Shown here one piece after another: positions 13,601 to 26,800 of a stretch of 64,000 nucleotides of DNA. The notes under the pieces were generated by a model, which saw nothing but the letters and a program-made list of their open reading frames with translations, made no database searches and was not told where the DNA came from. The number at the start of each line of letters is the position of its first letter. Position 1 is the stretch's first letter. Where the stretch lies: contig NW_027271714.1 in assembly GCF_040938485.1 (NCBI RefSeq), positions 124,001 through 188,000 of the forward strand, given 5' to 3'. The translations under genes and the position numbers were made by a program. This stretch comes from Diadema antillarum. Its lineage: Eukaryota.

Positions 13601-13747
13601 ATCGACGTGAACCTCCATAAATTTCTTGTATATAAACAGGTATCATATATCACATTAATAACCTCTCCCTCTCTTTCTATCTCACTCCCTCTTTCCGGTC
13701 ACATGATTACAGCTAGCGGCTGTCGCTTTTGGAAGATTCTTTGTTGA
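10494..13747 (+). CDS. Somatostatin/urotensin-II/allatostatin-C family neuropeptide precursor (90 aa, 3 coding exons)
   Basis: Exons 10494-10619 (phase 0), 12063-12174 (phase 1) and 13713-13747 splice in frame to MTTTYLFALVFISCLCSMAMPSRGLPYDMFPEASEEVNLQDQ-NTQKLMLMKLLSGSNLSLESIASRVSNLQPDKR-GSSSSSGCRFWKILC*. It has a hydrophobic signal peptide, an acidic spacer, a KR convertase site and a C-terminal two-Cys peptide containing FWK. Confidence 0.85.
12063..12174 (+). CDS. Neuropeptide precursor exon 2 (propeptide + KR site)
   Basis: Polypyrimidine tract + ctag| acceptor, open frame ending DKRGSSS, donor |gtgagt at 12175. Confidence 0.85.
13713..13747 (+). CDS. Neuropeptide precursor exon 3 (cyclic core SSGCRFWKILC*)
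   Basis: First AG after a long CT-rich tract (13662-13697) is at 13711-12. The phase-1 join gives S-S-G-C-R-F-W-K-I-L-C-TGA. Confidence 0.8.
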
Positions 13748-13983
13748 TGAGACGACCAATAGACCAAGGCACCTGTTACCACGACAACGCCGTAATCCTC
13801 TTTGACTCACGGAATATCTCTTCTTTAGCGATTCAAATCTTAGTATCACCACATCAAATTCCATTCGAAGGAAATCATCTAAGCTCTTTAGCTGGAACAT
13901 GGCGTAATCACGTACGGTCCATACTTCAACTAAGTACTAGTATTACTTTACCCCATGCCTACGTGACTTCCAAGGGTGTTATA

Positions 13984-14174
13984 CAGTGGACTCCCGTTAT
14001 AACGAAATCCTCGCGGGACTGGCAGATTTCTTTCGTTTTATCGAAATTTCGTTACAACCGAACAAATAAACAATAAGAATGCATCGACCGGATAATGTTG
14101 AGGTCTGAATGTTTACTTCGTTGTAACCGGAATTTCGTTAACTACAGCGTGCTCATTGAAACGGGAGTGCACTG
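13984..14174. mobile_element. Tc1/mariner-type MITE (TA TSD) downstream of the neuropeptide stop codon
   Basis: ta|cagtggactcccgtt ... aacgggagtgcactg|ta. Confidence 0.8.
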
Positions 14175-17069
14175 TATAAAGTCTAAAAGGGTCTTTAGAA
14201 TCTCGTAACGCATAGGGGCTGTGGAGAGGTTGGGTGTCATTTCTCCATTCCGTAAAATGCAAAAGAATCTTGAATTACATCCATTGGATATAAATGATGT
14301 GATCATGTTTGAATGGGTGAATCGTAAAGGATAATCCCAGCGGGGTACACTATAACTTGTTCTGTAGATAAAGCGTATTTTGGTAGATGCAAGTACGTGT
14401 ACATACATTGTACAAGAATATTGCTCAATGTTTGAAGCGATATTATGGTTGCTATTTCAAGATTCAAGAAATCTGCAATTTTAAATTATATACCTCTAAA
14501 CATCAGCAAAGTCAAATTTATAGCTTAGACTTGAATCCCGCTGGGAATTCATTGTATATCACTAAGATCTATTAAGTCCAATACCGTATACAGTATTACG
14601 TGTAAGAAAGCATGACTAAAATTTGGATTTCGTTTTAATATTTCATTATGTTTTATCTTGGGGTTTCTAAAATCGAGTACAAGAATGATGTGCGAAGATA
14701 TGATATCAATCGAATTCTAAAATCAGCTAATGTACAAGTAATCTAGTAAATACTTAAACAATGTATTCATGACTTCATCTCCCAGAAGTGTGCATTAATT
14801 AATATTTGGGTATAACGGATTATAAAAAAAAAACAACTGAGTAAGAAAAGTTATAAAAAGTGATTTAACAATGAAAAAGTATTGTTCTTTGCTGCAGGCC
14901 TGTCTTATTTCATCCCAGAAAGACCAACTTACTATTTCTTTTTTTGTGTGTGAATGTTGCACACCTAACAATGACAGAGAATTTGAAATTAAGAATCAAA
15001 ATATGAAATTACTTGAAAATGATTGTTACTTTGAGAAAATACAGTATACTCTCTTTGTAAATCCAATGTATGTTCAGAGTACTCTTGTTATCTCAAATGC
15101 CTTCCGACCTGAGAATCATTTTTTCATATTGGCATTGTTATACATGTATTGGGGATTGAAAACAAAGACTTACAAAGAAATGCTCAACTGTGGAGTAAGA
15201 AAGATTATTCTGTTCATATGAAAGTTTGCTATATCAGTGTTCTTTATCAAGAGAGTCCATTCGTATGTCCCCCAACAAAAAATACAATCGGACTTTCCGC
15301 AACACTAACTTTAAAAATAGTGAATCAATCCAGATGCAATTTCAAAGTATGAAACTATAACTTATTATCTGCATCTTACAGAAAACCCCATTCGATTTGG
15401 TGAAGTGGTCAAAGAGAATTGAGGATCTTTGTAGAGCATGTCAGGAATCCCTTCCCTCCAAGTTTTGTTCACTGTGTTCACAGTTCAAAGAGCATCCAAG
15501 CGCTGAACTTGGAAGAAACGGACACATGACATGCTTTATAACGATCCACACTTTTTTCTCTGTGACCACTTAACCAAATCGAACAGGATTTTCTCCAAAA
15601 TGTAGGTAAGAAGTTGTAGTTTCATTCCCTGAAATAGCATTCGAATTGTTTGAGCAGCATTTTGAATGTTATCAATGCAGAAATCCGATTGTAAATTTTT
15701 TGACATACTGTATACTGCCTTGTTTGTTATTGTTATACATAATGTACCTGATTGCCATCAATAGGATCAAAGATGGCAAAATTGACGAAGATGTTTCTAT
15801 GATGACTTTTCAAATGTGTACAATAACAAGAAACAAGCTCTAATTTAGTCAATTGCTATGCAGTGTACAATGTACTTTAAACAAACATGTAGGCAACATG
15901 GATTAGGAAAGCCCATTTGTAAAATACATAAACACATACACATGACATAAAAACAAACACAATCATACACTGTACTCCATAATACTATGACAACAGTAGC
16001 ACTTTTGAGTGACAATAATTTATACACTTGTAGGACATCATTGTCGATTGTAGGATGATGTATTTAATCACACTACATGCCTACATACTACAGTACTTAG
16101 TACACTCGTTACCATCACCCAATCTGTATCTAATACACAATGTGTTGTTTCCAGATGGAACGAAATAAAAAGATGCACTCATTAATCAGTGAGTGCAAAC
16201 ACATAATACGCACAGGCTATCCAAGCATGAGTTGTGATTCTTTTGACACTTACCAAAACTCACACATATGATACATCAAATCTACCTCACAAAAAATTAA
16301 CTATAATTCCATGTTTGAGTAAGAGCAGCATTGATGAGATTATAATACATAATTTGTGTGTTTGTGCGTGTATTGTCAAATAACATGTTTTTTTGAAGGC
16401 ACAATCCATTAATTCTTCAGAAGGAAAGATATGCTGTCAAACAAAACGCATTGAAGCATTGAAGTCATAATCTATCCCCCACTCAAACATCACAAGTTAA
16501 AAACAAAGGGAAAAAAAAGAATGCATTGTAGGCCTACTTTATGCTCTTCTGGATCTAATTCTAATTATTGTAAAAGTGGAAATTTTTGTGGTGTCAAATT
16601 TCTGCACATTTCATGTGACCAAAGATAAAAGTATGCAAACATTTTTGCTTGATACATGTATATGATTCATTAATTACTGCCTTAATTTTGCAGAATAAAA
16701 ATCATGCAAAATTCATCTTAACTGGCCAAGTGCAAAAGATTACTTGCACGAAAATATCCACTTTTACAGTAATTACTGATATTGACTCCTCAAGAGTTCT
16801 TTTCAAAAAGTTATTGTGGCATGCGAGGGTTTGTAAAATAGTACTCAGTAAAATATTTGTAACCTATTACAACAGCCTGATAATGTTAATTGCAAACATC
16901 CAGTATCTGGTTTCAGCACTATTAGAGTCTCCAGAATCTCTGTTTGCCAATGATAGGACTTATATACCTTTTTTCTTCCCTTTGTCCCATTTCCCACTTG
17001 TGAGTTGAGACCATGATAAAATGAAGAAAATGAAGCAAATCTCTGAGGGAAATTGTTTGGCAATTGTAA

Positions 17070-17410
17070 AGGTCCCGCTTTACATCCCTGCTAGATCTCT
17101 ATGCTCATCCCACTCTGGTTCTCTGATAATTCCAAGATTCACTACAATATGGGGCACACGTGCCTTTGGCCATGCTGCTCCCACCTTATGGAATAACTTA
17201 CCTTCAGCCGTAAAAATTTGTTCTTCATCAGACTCCTTTAAAAGCAGTCTAAAAACTCACTTGTTCAAAGCCTCAATTTGACTACTCATTACATGTATTT
17301 GATATTTGTATGTCCTTTATCTCCTTCACTTTCTCTTCCTTCCGCGCCTAGAGCACTCTGCAGAGTGGATTTGGCGCTATATAAATCATATCAATTATTA
17401 TCATTATTAT
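17070..17410 (+). mobile_element. 3' remnant of an L2-like LINE downstream of the SCLY stop codon
   Basis: Translation WGTRAFGHAAPTLWNNLP...FKSSLKTHLFK resembles the C-terminus of the intron-8 LINE. It is followed by gcgcctagagc...ggcgctatataaat and an ATT-rich tail. Boundaries are approximate. Confidence 0.8.
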
Positions 17411-17895
17411 TTACAGTCCTTGCAAATGAATGAACATGCACAATGATGGTTTCTTTCAGCTTGGGATCTTAATACCCTGTGCGTGTAGAGAGCTTCAGCT
17501 TTTCTGCCAGTGGCTATGTACATGGGAATCTTTGTCATTGTATGACTGTAATAGTAGTATGCACCTTTTGTAATATGGCATGTATTTTGGCATTTTTGCA
17601 CTCACAACTGGGCCAATGCGTCATCTATTTTCCACTAAATATTTCAGTATCTCTGTTCTGCCATGTATTTCAGTATCATAATTCCTATTCTATCCAGGGA
17701 CTAAAAAAGACCACCACTGATATAACTGGTCCATCATATTCATAAAAAATAAGATGCTTCAGCATTGAAAATTGATTTTTTTTAAAAAAATAATAAAGTC
17801 ATCTACAAAAGCAGCAGCTGATTAAATAAATATAGGAATCACTTTTACTTGGTTTCCTCTTGACAAGGGGAATTAAAATCAGAGGATTATGATGA

Positions 17896-20800
17896 TCATG
17901 AATTCCCATTTTCAGCATCTATACTCTTCAAGACATCTTTGAGATCACTGACGACCCTGTCGATGTCAGCAAAGGTCGTTCCTCGTCCGACGCTGAGTCT
18001 CAGAGCGTTGGTTGCAATGTCATATGGAACACCAATGGCAAGCAAGATGTGTGACGGTCTAGGAAGAGAGAGAATAGAAGTAAAGATTACGAGACATTTT
18101 TTTCTTCGTCGTACAGTGTGCACAAATATATTGTAGAAAAACATTCATCGCATGTTTAACTACTGCTCTCCTAATAATTAATTATACTGTGCTGTTTCCC
18201 CAAAAGATAAAACAAAAGAAGACACATAATCGCAATGACACCCCCCCCCCAAAAAAAAAAGAGAGAAAATAATAATGATAAAAAGACATGTCACACTAAT
18301 ATTTCACAAGAGACATATACATGTATTACTTTTGTTCCACATAAACCTGAATTATAATTTCATAAGAGACTGTTGAATAATGGACTTGCATCACATCACG
18401 CGCAGAGGGTGTAAACACATTTCTTTTGTGCATGGCTTGTTGATGTTTTTTGACAAACAAGCATGTGCATATACACACATTGACAAGCAAAAATCTTTTC
18501 GACGAACAGGTATACTGTATGGTTCCCCAATCCTCGATAATACCATGAATATACAGTGAAAGGATCATTTGTACAATTAGAAATACCCACGCTTCAAAAC
18601 TTATGGCAGTCATTTTTAATATCATACCAACCAATAAATGGGTAAGACAACAGCAGCTATAGTGCTAGTGAATCACAAAAGTTATTATTTTTCTTTTGCA
18701 CAATATTACATGCCAAAATATACATTGCAACCAATGTTCAAGTAAATGTCCATAGCAATTTCCCCTTTCCCCCTCTTCCAACTTGGCTTTTTCAAAATAT
18801 GTCCCTCGGATAAGACATAAAATGGAAGTCCCATGTGTGAGAGAGTCACAACTCATGCGCATATAAGATCCCACTTCATTTATTCATCGTAAAGAGCAGG
18901 GTGTTTAACCCGGCGAAGTGGTCCCACCTCATATCCAACTGGAAGACCAGCTATTGCAGCTGAATATGGGCCATCCAGCCATTTTTTTAGATGGAAATGA
19001 ACAAGCAAACAAACAAAAACAAGAATAACAAGAGACCCGGGGGTCACACGCTCACCTGAGTATCGCAGTTTCACCTTCCATGCATTCTTGCACACTCTTA
19101 CCTAAGAACATTGGAAACTTAGGTCTGCATATGGATCCCCCCCCCCTAAACTCCAGGGTGGGGGGGGGGGGGGGCAGGCAGCCCTGGATCTGCAATGAAC
19201 AAACTTGGAACTAAAGTCATCAATGTACAAACTCATGGTATTATCTATGCTTTATCATTTCTGGTTCTAGAGTAGATTTTGCAATACTCCTTAATTTGTG
19301 GGGGGGGGGGGGGCCTAAGGATGCTACCTGCTAAGTTTGGTCAAAATACATGAGGTTTTCAAAAAGAAGATGAACATGTACAATTCAGGCCCCATTACAA
19401 CTGTAGGACTTCTCTCCATCCCCTCTCCTGGGTCCCAAGGGGGGGGGGGGGGGGGGGGGGGTACCCCTGATTCCGCCAAGAAACTACAGTCATCAATGTA
19501 CTAACTCATAGTATTATCTAAGCCCTATCACTTCTGGTTCTAGAAGATTTTTAAAGATTCCTTAATTTTAGGGGGTTTGGGCCCTCCTGGGGCCCCCCAG
19601 GTATGCCATGGTGCCCATTTGAACAAATTGAGATCCTATCCCCCTAGGGATGCTACCTGCAAAGTTTGGTGAAAATCGGTCATGGGGTTCTCAAGAAGAA
19701 GATGAAAATTTAAAAAGTTTACGCACGACGGACGACGGACGACGCACGACGCACGACGCACAACGGACGACGGACGCCGGACGCCGGACGCCGGACGAAG
19801 AGCGATCGCAATAGCTCACTTGAAGGCTCAGGTGAGCTAAAAAACCCCTTTCTGTCAGGTATCTCTTTAAAGCCCACAACTCTCTTTAATAGCATTGAAA
19901 TACATTGTACATCAAGTCAGTCACTAACCTTTCACCAGTATGTGAGTGACAAGCTGCTCCTACACTGGCTTGGAGACTGGTTGCCATGGAGAGAAGTTTT
20001 CTTCCTACAGTCGGACAAAAGAAGAAAACAAAAAAGACTCAGCTAAAATCATCACATCATGTCAGAATAATGCATTAGAAATACTCACAGATTTGCGTAG
20101 AGCTGGACGTATAGTCTAGATTGTGAGAGAAGTAGCTGCTTTGTGCTTATCCAACGAGGACATGAAACAACTTTGAGAAGTTTGGATTCATCTTCACTCT
20201 TGTGACCTAAACCAGGGCTCCACACTAACTTTTTTATTTGGTGGCCCGATGGGACCACCAAAATCCTCAATTTCAAATTTTTGGTGGCCCGAGAGAAAAA
20301 TTTGGTGGCCCCGGAAAAAAAAACAATTAAAAACATTAAAAGTCCTGTTTTTTAATGAGTCAAATATCTAAGTTTTATCACAGTAAGAATTGGAAGTTGG
20401 ACACATCTAGAACCTACTCATAAATAAACCTCAACAAACTCGCATCACTCACTCTCAGGCACTCATTCATTCCTTTTCATCCATCCTTTAAACAAATCAT
20501 TTAACTGCTAATTTCCGGCGAAAAAAGTTACGAATTAATTGACACACTCTTCCAAAAATTTTGGTGGCCCAAGGCGGGCCACCAAATTTGCCCTTTTTTT
20601 AAAATTTGGTGGCCCGACTTTCATTTTTGGTGGCCCTGGGCCACCGGGCCACAGTTAGTGTCGAGCCCTGCCTAAACAAAACCTCGGTGACATTTAATGA
20701 TGTAAACTGCTGCATACCTGGGTCTAATAATTTGTGGGACACGATTGTCAACAGTCACTTCTGGCCATTAACCTAACATTGCCACATTTTGTTTGAAAAT

Positions 20801-23800
20801 GAATTCTCTTAAAGGGATGGTAGGTATTGGTGGAGATGAGAATTGGGCGTTAACTTTTTGCGAGATACCAAGAAAACACTTATGATATAGTACAGAACAT
20901 ACCATTTTTTAGAGGAATTCAAAGTTTATTTGATGAAAAAATGTCTGGTTTTACAATTTATAACATTGTAATTGGACAACACAGAGAAACTATACCAATC
21001 TGAGATTGAGATTTTCCTTCCACGAACTTATTACCTTGGCGATTTTTGCCCATGAAAGACACGTTACAGGTGTTTGGAATTCGCCGGCTGCCTTCAAACT
21101 TCCCATTGATGTGAATCATATCACCAAAGGCAGACTACTGGGGACAGAAAATAAGACATAAATAGTTTTGTTTTGTCTATGGTATTGCTGTCTTGGTAAA
21201 TATTAAACTTCAACTTCATATGACAAACAATTACCAAAAATCTGCTGACAAAAAAAAAGCCATTAGCAGAAATGACAGAAAGTTCTTACTGTTCTTTTCA
21301 AATGGCACAACCAAAATCAAATGTTATATACACATAGGAGAGAAAGATAAGCATTGTGTGAAATACTATCATCATTTCATTTCTGCCTTTACACAGGCAT
21401 ATAAACATATATGCATACCAACTTCTTTGTTTTTTAACTCACAGTGTGAATTTAAGTAAACATCTTATCTAGAAACCAATAAATCCCATAAAAGAAAATA
21501 ACACTATCGAAGCGGCATTTAAATGCCCTTCTGACAGTTTAGTTACAATGAAATTCCAGGACATGTTTCCCGAGAGGAGTCCTTTTTTTTTTTTTTTTTC
21601 AACTGGGGACTATAAAACCAATTTTTCAACTGTGCAACAAACAATTTTTTTAAAGGTCATGTATTCTCTTAGACTATATCTATGCTCTTGCTATAATGTG
21701 CATAATATGACCATTAATTGACTAAGATACTATACTGGTAACTATATTATCAAGGTGCAAATTATTCTCACCAAGAGTGACTCCTCAAGATAGTCTCGTA
21801 CTGCTCTCATTCCAGACTCGTATTTGCCAATATTTCCCGTGACAAGCTCTGCAGCCTGTGAGAAAGGGAAGCAGAAATTCCGCGTATGACTCTGAAGTCA
21901 CTTGAAACACTTTGCAAAGAGGCCGTACATGTGTCAAACTATCTTGATAATGCTATATCAAGAAGTTACGTGTACATGACCTTGAGCTAATCCACACTGG
22001 TACAATTGTATTGGAACATGAAGGGCCATTCTGGGTATTTCTGAAATATCAAAACTATTCAAAAATTCCACCACAGAGTCTCAAATTAGCAGTATATTTC
22101 CTTGAATTAGGGTAGGGTCATTAATTCTATGTCTGATATTCTTCTACAGGCAAAGGTAGACTGCTGGAATGAATAATATAAGACTGAAAATTTACACTAC
22201 CATGACTTTGCTTGACCTGAGGCTTTTTTGTGTTTTCATCATAAAAAATAATAATAATAATAATAATAATACATAACATTTATAAAGCGCTTAATATCAT
22301 ATTTCTAAGCGCTGGGGAAAAACAAAGATAGAGAACGAGTGAAGAAGAAAACAATAAGCAATCCACATATAAGTACAGCAACAATCATATATATGACAAC
22401 AATTACAAATACTAGTACACTACCGACACAGATAACACTTCCTAAAGAGATATGTTTTGAGGTTTGACTTAAATGAATCTAGTGTATTGGCTTGTCGGAT
22501 GCTGACGGGAAGATTGTTCCATAGTTTAGGAGCAAGAGAGGAAAAGGCACGATCACCATAACGTGTGTTGGTACGAGGTCCAGAGGATAACTGAAGATTG
22601 GCAGTGGTGGCGGAACGAAGACGTCTGGTTGTGGAGGATGTGGATGCAGAGCGGAGAGAAACAAGATCTTGAAGGTAGGGTGGTGCGAGGTTGTGGTTGA
22701 TTTTGAAAATGAGAAGGAGAACTTTGAAGATGATTCTGTCTTGGATCTGTAGCCAGTGAAGGGACTGTAAGATTGGGCTGATATGATCTGATTTTTTAGT
22801 TCGAGTGACAAGTCTGGCTGCAGTGTTTTGTATTCGTTGAAGGGGTGCAATGTTGGAAGACGGGAGACCAGCAAGGAGACCATTGCAGTAATCCAAATGT
22901 GATGAGATGAAGGCATGGACTAATCGTTCCGTGGATGACTTATCGAGATATCGCCTTATCTTTCCGATTTTGCATACACCTCATGAGGCGGATCGACATA
23001 TACTTTTAATTTGGTGATTAAGAGTCAGGTTCTTGTCAAGAATAACCCCGAGGTCTCGAATACGCTCTGACGAAGAAATGCTTCCAGATTCAAAGTTAAG
23101 AGATGGCAGGCAGTCTGTATTACGGAACTTGGATGACAGATGAAGCATTTCAGTTTTGAGCTCATTAAGCTTCAGCTTATGCTCAAATGACCATCTCTTC
23201 ACATCATTGATGCAGGCGGAGAGTCTGAGCATCGCCCCCTCATGATCTGATGAGCTCATGATGAGGTATATTTGAGTGTCATCAGCGTAGGTTGCATGTT
23301 GCATTCCATGATGAGAGTTGATAAGTCTTCCCAAAGGACCGGTGTACAGGATATACATCAGGGGTCCTACAACTGATCCTTGAGGGACCCCATAAGGAAG
23401 GGAAAAGGGTCTGGAGCGAGTGCCATTAACAAGAATCTCCTGATTGCGTCCCTCCAGATAAGATTCTATCCAATGGAGAACAGTTCCTTTGATACCACAA
23501 TCAGACTCAAGACGATGAAGGAGACTGTGATGATCTAGCGTATCAAACGCAGCGGAGTAGTCTAAAATAATGAGGACAGCTTCCTGACCCTTATCCAGAG
23601 CAAGCAGAAGATTATTAAGGACTCTTACCAGAGCAGTTTCAGTAGAGTGAAAATGACAATAAGCCGATTGATGAGGTGGAAACAAGCTGTTTTCATCCAG
23701 ATAAGTCCTGAGTTGAGCTGCAACAAGTTTCTCAAGGACCTTGCTAAGAAATGGTAAGTTAGTGATAGGCCTGTAGTTCTTTAAATCATTCCGTTCAAGA

Positions 23801-26800
23801 CCAGGTTTCTTTAATAAAGGTACCACATGTGCTGTCTTGAACTGCTCAGGAACCACTCCTGAGGAAAGAGAGAGGTTGATGATTTGTGTCATAAGAGGCA
23901 GAAGTTCATCGAGACATGCCTTTACCAGCCATGTGGGGATTGGATCCAAGCTGGAAGACTTTGAGGATAGCGATTTAATGAGGGATTTCACTCGGCTTTC
24001 GGGAACAGGATCAAACTCTGACAGATTGCAGTCAGGTGAAATCCCAGGTTGTGCAGGCACACAGGAGAATGAAGAAAAATGATCTCAAGAGATCATTTTT
24101 GGTGTTTTCGTCATAAAACTATATGCTACAAATACTTCCTATTACGCCACATCATTATTGTCTGTACAAATAGTACATTCTCAGATACAAGCAAACACAC
24201 TTATTTATCTTCCTCTAGACTAAGTGATATCATGTTTGTATCGTGGTGTGCGACTGAAGAAAAGTCATACCAAACAGCCGTAGTGTACTCCTTTTCTGTG
24301 AAGTATTCAAGCTTTCTCACACTCAAATACAAATTTTCCAATGGTAATATGTAAATCAATCTATCCAGAACAACTATGCACACACAACTACTCTAACAGT
24401 GCAAGATCGTAGACGTGATATCACATACATTTTCCTCCCACACAGGGCAAAATTGAGTCCAGTTGGCCTAAAGCTTTGAAGAAACATCAAAGTTGTCCAC
24501 TTCATTGCAGCTTCTTACCTTTCCCAAGCCTGCAATCATTCCAGTATTCTCTGTCCTACAATTGATACAAAATTTATTATAAAGGAAAACAAAGAGAAGA
24601 TAGAACTGTTAATAGATGAAATTCTAATAAATCATTATAATCTATACCACCACAGGGAACCTTGGGGCTAGCTAGTAGTAAGACAAAACCAAATGTAGAC
24701 TAATCTATAGAGTGGCATACATAAATATGGTTACCCCATGACATTAAACCTAACACATACATATGGCTACAAATTGCCCCCCCCCCCCCCCCCCCCCGGA
24801 AAAAAAAAACCAAAAAAGAAAAAAAACCTAACAAACATTCTTATGCCTTCCATATCTTTAAAAAACAAACAAACAAACAAAAACCTTTATAAAGAATTTG
24901 TTCATACTACAAAGGGTGAAGAACACAATATTAGGTACAAACATTTACTCCAGCAGGTAGCACACCAATTGAATTTACCCACGCGTTTGTAGCTTTATGG
25001 TACCCCCGACACCATTTGTCCTTAACAAAAACCGTGATAAATCTTTTTGCTTGGGCAGTCAATATGTTCTTCTGGGTCTTCTGTTTCTCTTCTGAGAGAT
25101 GGACCATCTCTTCTTAACCTGAGTCGACTGACTAAGTTGTACAAATGTGGCACATAAAGAGTTAATACCTGTGCAACTTTTCTAAGGCACTCTAAAAAGT
25201 GAGATCTGCAACCTTAAAACCATCGATGGAGCCTCTCCTTACTCCAAGGGGGTACATGTGGATCTAAGCTTGCCACTCACCCAGGCCTAAGATTTCTCTC
25301 CTGTCCTCCTCCAAAGAGCATGGGGTAGATGGGTGGGCCTGCCCCACCCCTTTTCACATACAGGGCTCCAATCCTCGGACCATAGAACTGAAATAACACA
25401 AATGAAAGCACCCAATAAAATTGTAACTGCTGACCATTTCAAAGATAACCAACCTGTACACATATCTGAAATGTACATTTTTCCACTCACTGCATTTATT
25501 TTTCTCACCTTTTGATGGTAAGAAGGGCGCAAAGGTGTTATATAAAGCAATATGCAAAAATCTAAATACTTATGCATATGATTATGTACACCCTTTCCTG
25601 AAAATCATGTTTATTGGTGGACTTTTGTGGACATTTAAAAAACAGATTTCATTTAGGAAACAGATTTCATTTAGAAGCTACAAGATGGATTAAAGTTCTC
25701 AAACACATCAAGAAATCAAACAAAGAAAATAACTCATTAATTCATTAGTGGTAGGTTAATTATCATAAACTGCATTAGTTGGTACTAAACACTCTGACCA
25801 CCATCAAAGTCACGAATGATGATAAAAAATTTATATAGATTCAACGAATGAAATAAAAACGACAAATGACTACAATATCAATACTAATGATCGACATAAA
25901 AGTGATCATCATCACCATCATTGCGATTAAAGCTACAAGCACAGCAGCATGTATCATCAAATGATGATGAATAATAAGTGACCCTCTAGATGCATACCTT
26001 GTGACCAACAATTGTCAGGTAGTCTACGTTCAGATCGGAAACATTGACTTCAATCTTGCCGATTGTCTGGGCAGCATCTGTGTGCAAGAGAATCTTCCGC
26101 CCTCTGTGGCTTTTCTGCTCTTCTCTCACACGCTCAAATATCTCCGTCACTGGCTGGAAAAAACCAAAACAAAACAAAGGAATATCAGAATAAAAATGGT
26201 CTTGTTGATCGACCTATTTGACATCCCTGTGTTCATACAGTCCTACTCATCAACACAGAATTATGCACATGTTAGTTTCCCACAGTGTTACAGTGCGTGC
26301 CTCATTTTGATTATATCCCATTTTATACTGCATATGAATTCAGTGTTGTATACACTTTCCCCCATTTCAATTTCCTGAGGAGGGGTTCTGTGATATGTTG
26401 CCAGTTGTGGTTCTCTTGTGCAGACACTAATTGAGTCCCACATATCCATATCCATGTTGGGAGGCTATAGCTGATAGCCAGCTCTCTCATTAACCTGTTG
26501 AGGACGGTTTGACTTTGCTACAACACGCATTTCCCATAGACACCTGCCCGAGTATACTCGGCACTCATTCTGAACGGTTTAACAAATTGTGAGCATTTTC
26601 TTAAATGATCAATGATCCTTACCAATCTGGGAAGTGTAGGAAGTTATGTAAGCAATGTTTTCATATCCAACCATAAACAGATACTGCTTCTCCTGATATG
26701 CTCAGCTCTCATTATGACAACTAAGTGTTTGTCACAAATTACTGTCAATACTTGGTTGCTTCTCTTCTCTATCATACTTTTCATCTTTTGGTTTTAAGAT

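Noticed and set aside
16154-16187. + strand ttccag|ATG...|gtgagt exon-like unit downstream of the neuropeptide gene
   Set aside because: No partner exons or recognisable product; compatible with chance in AT-rich DNA.
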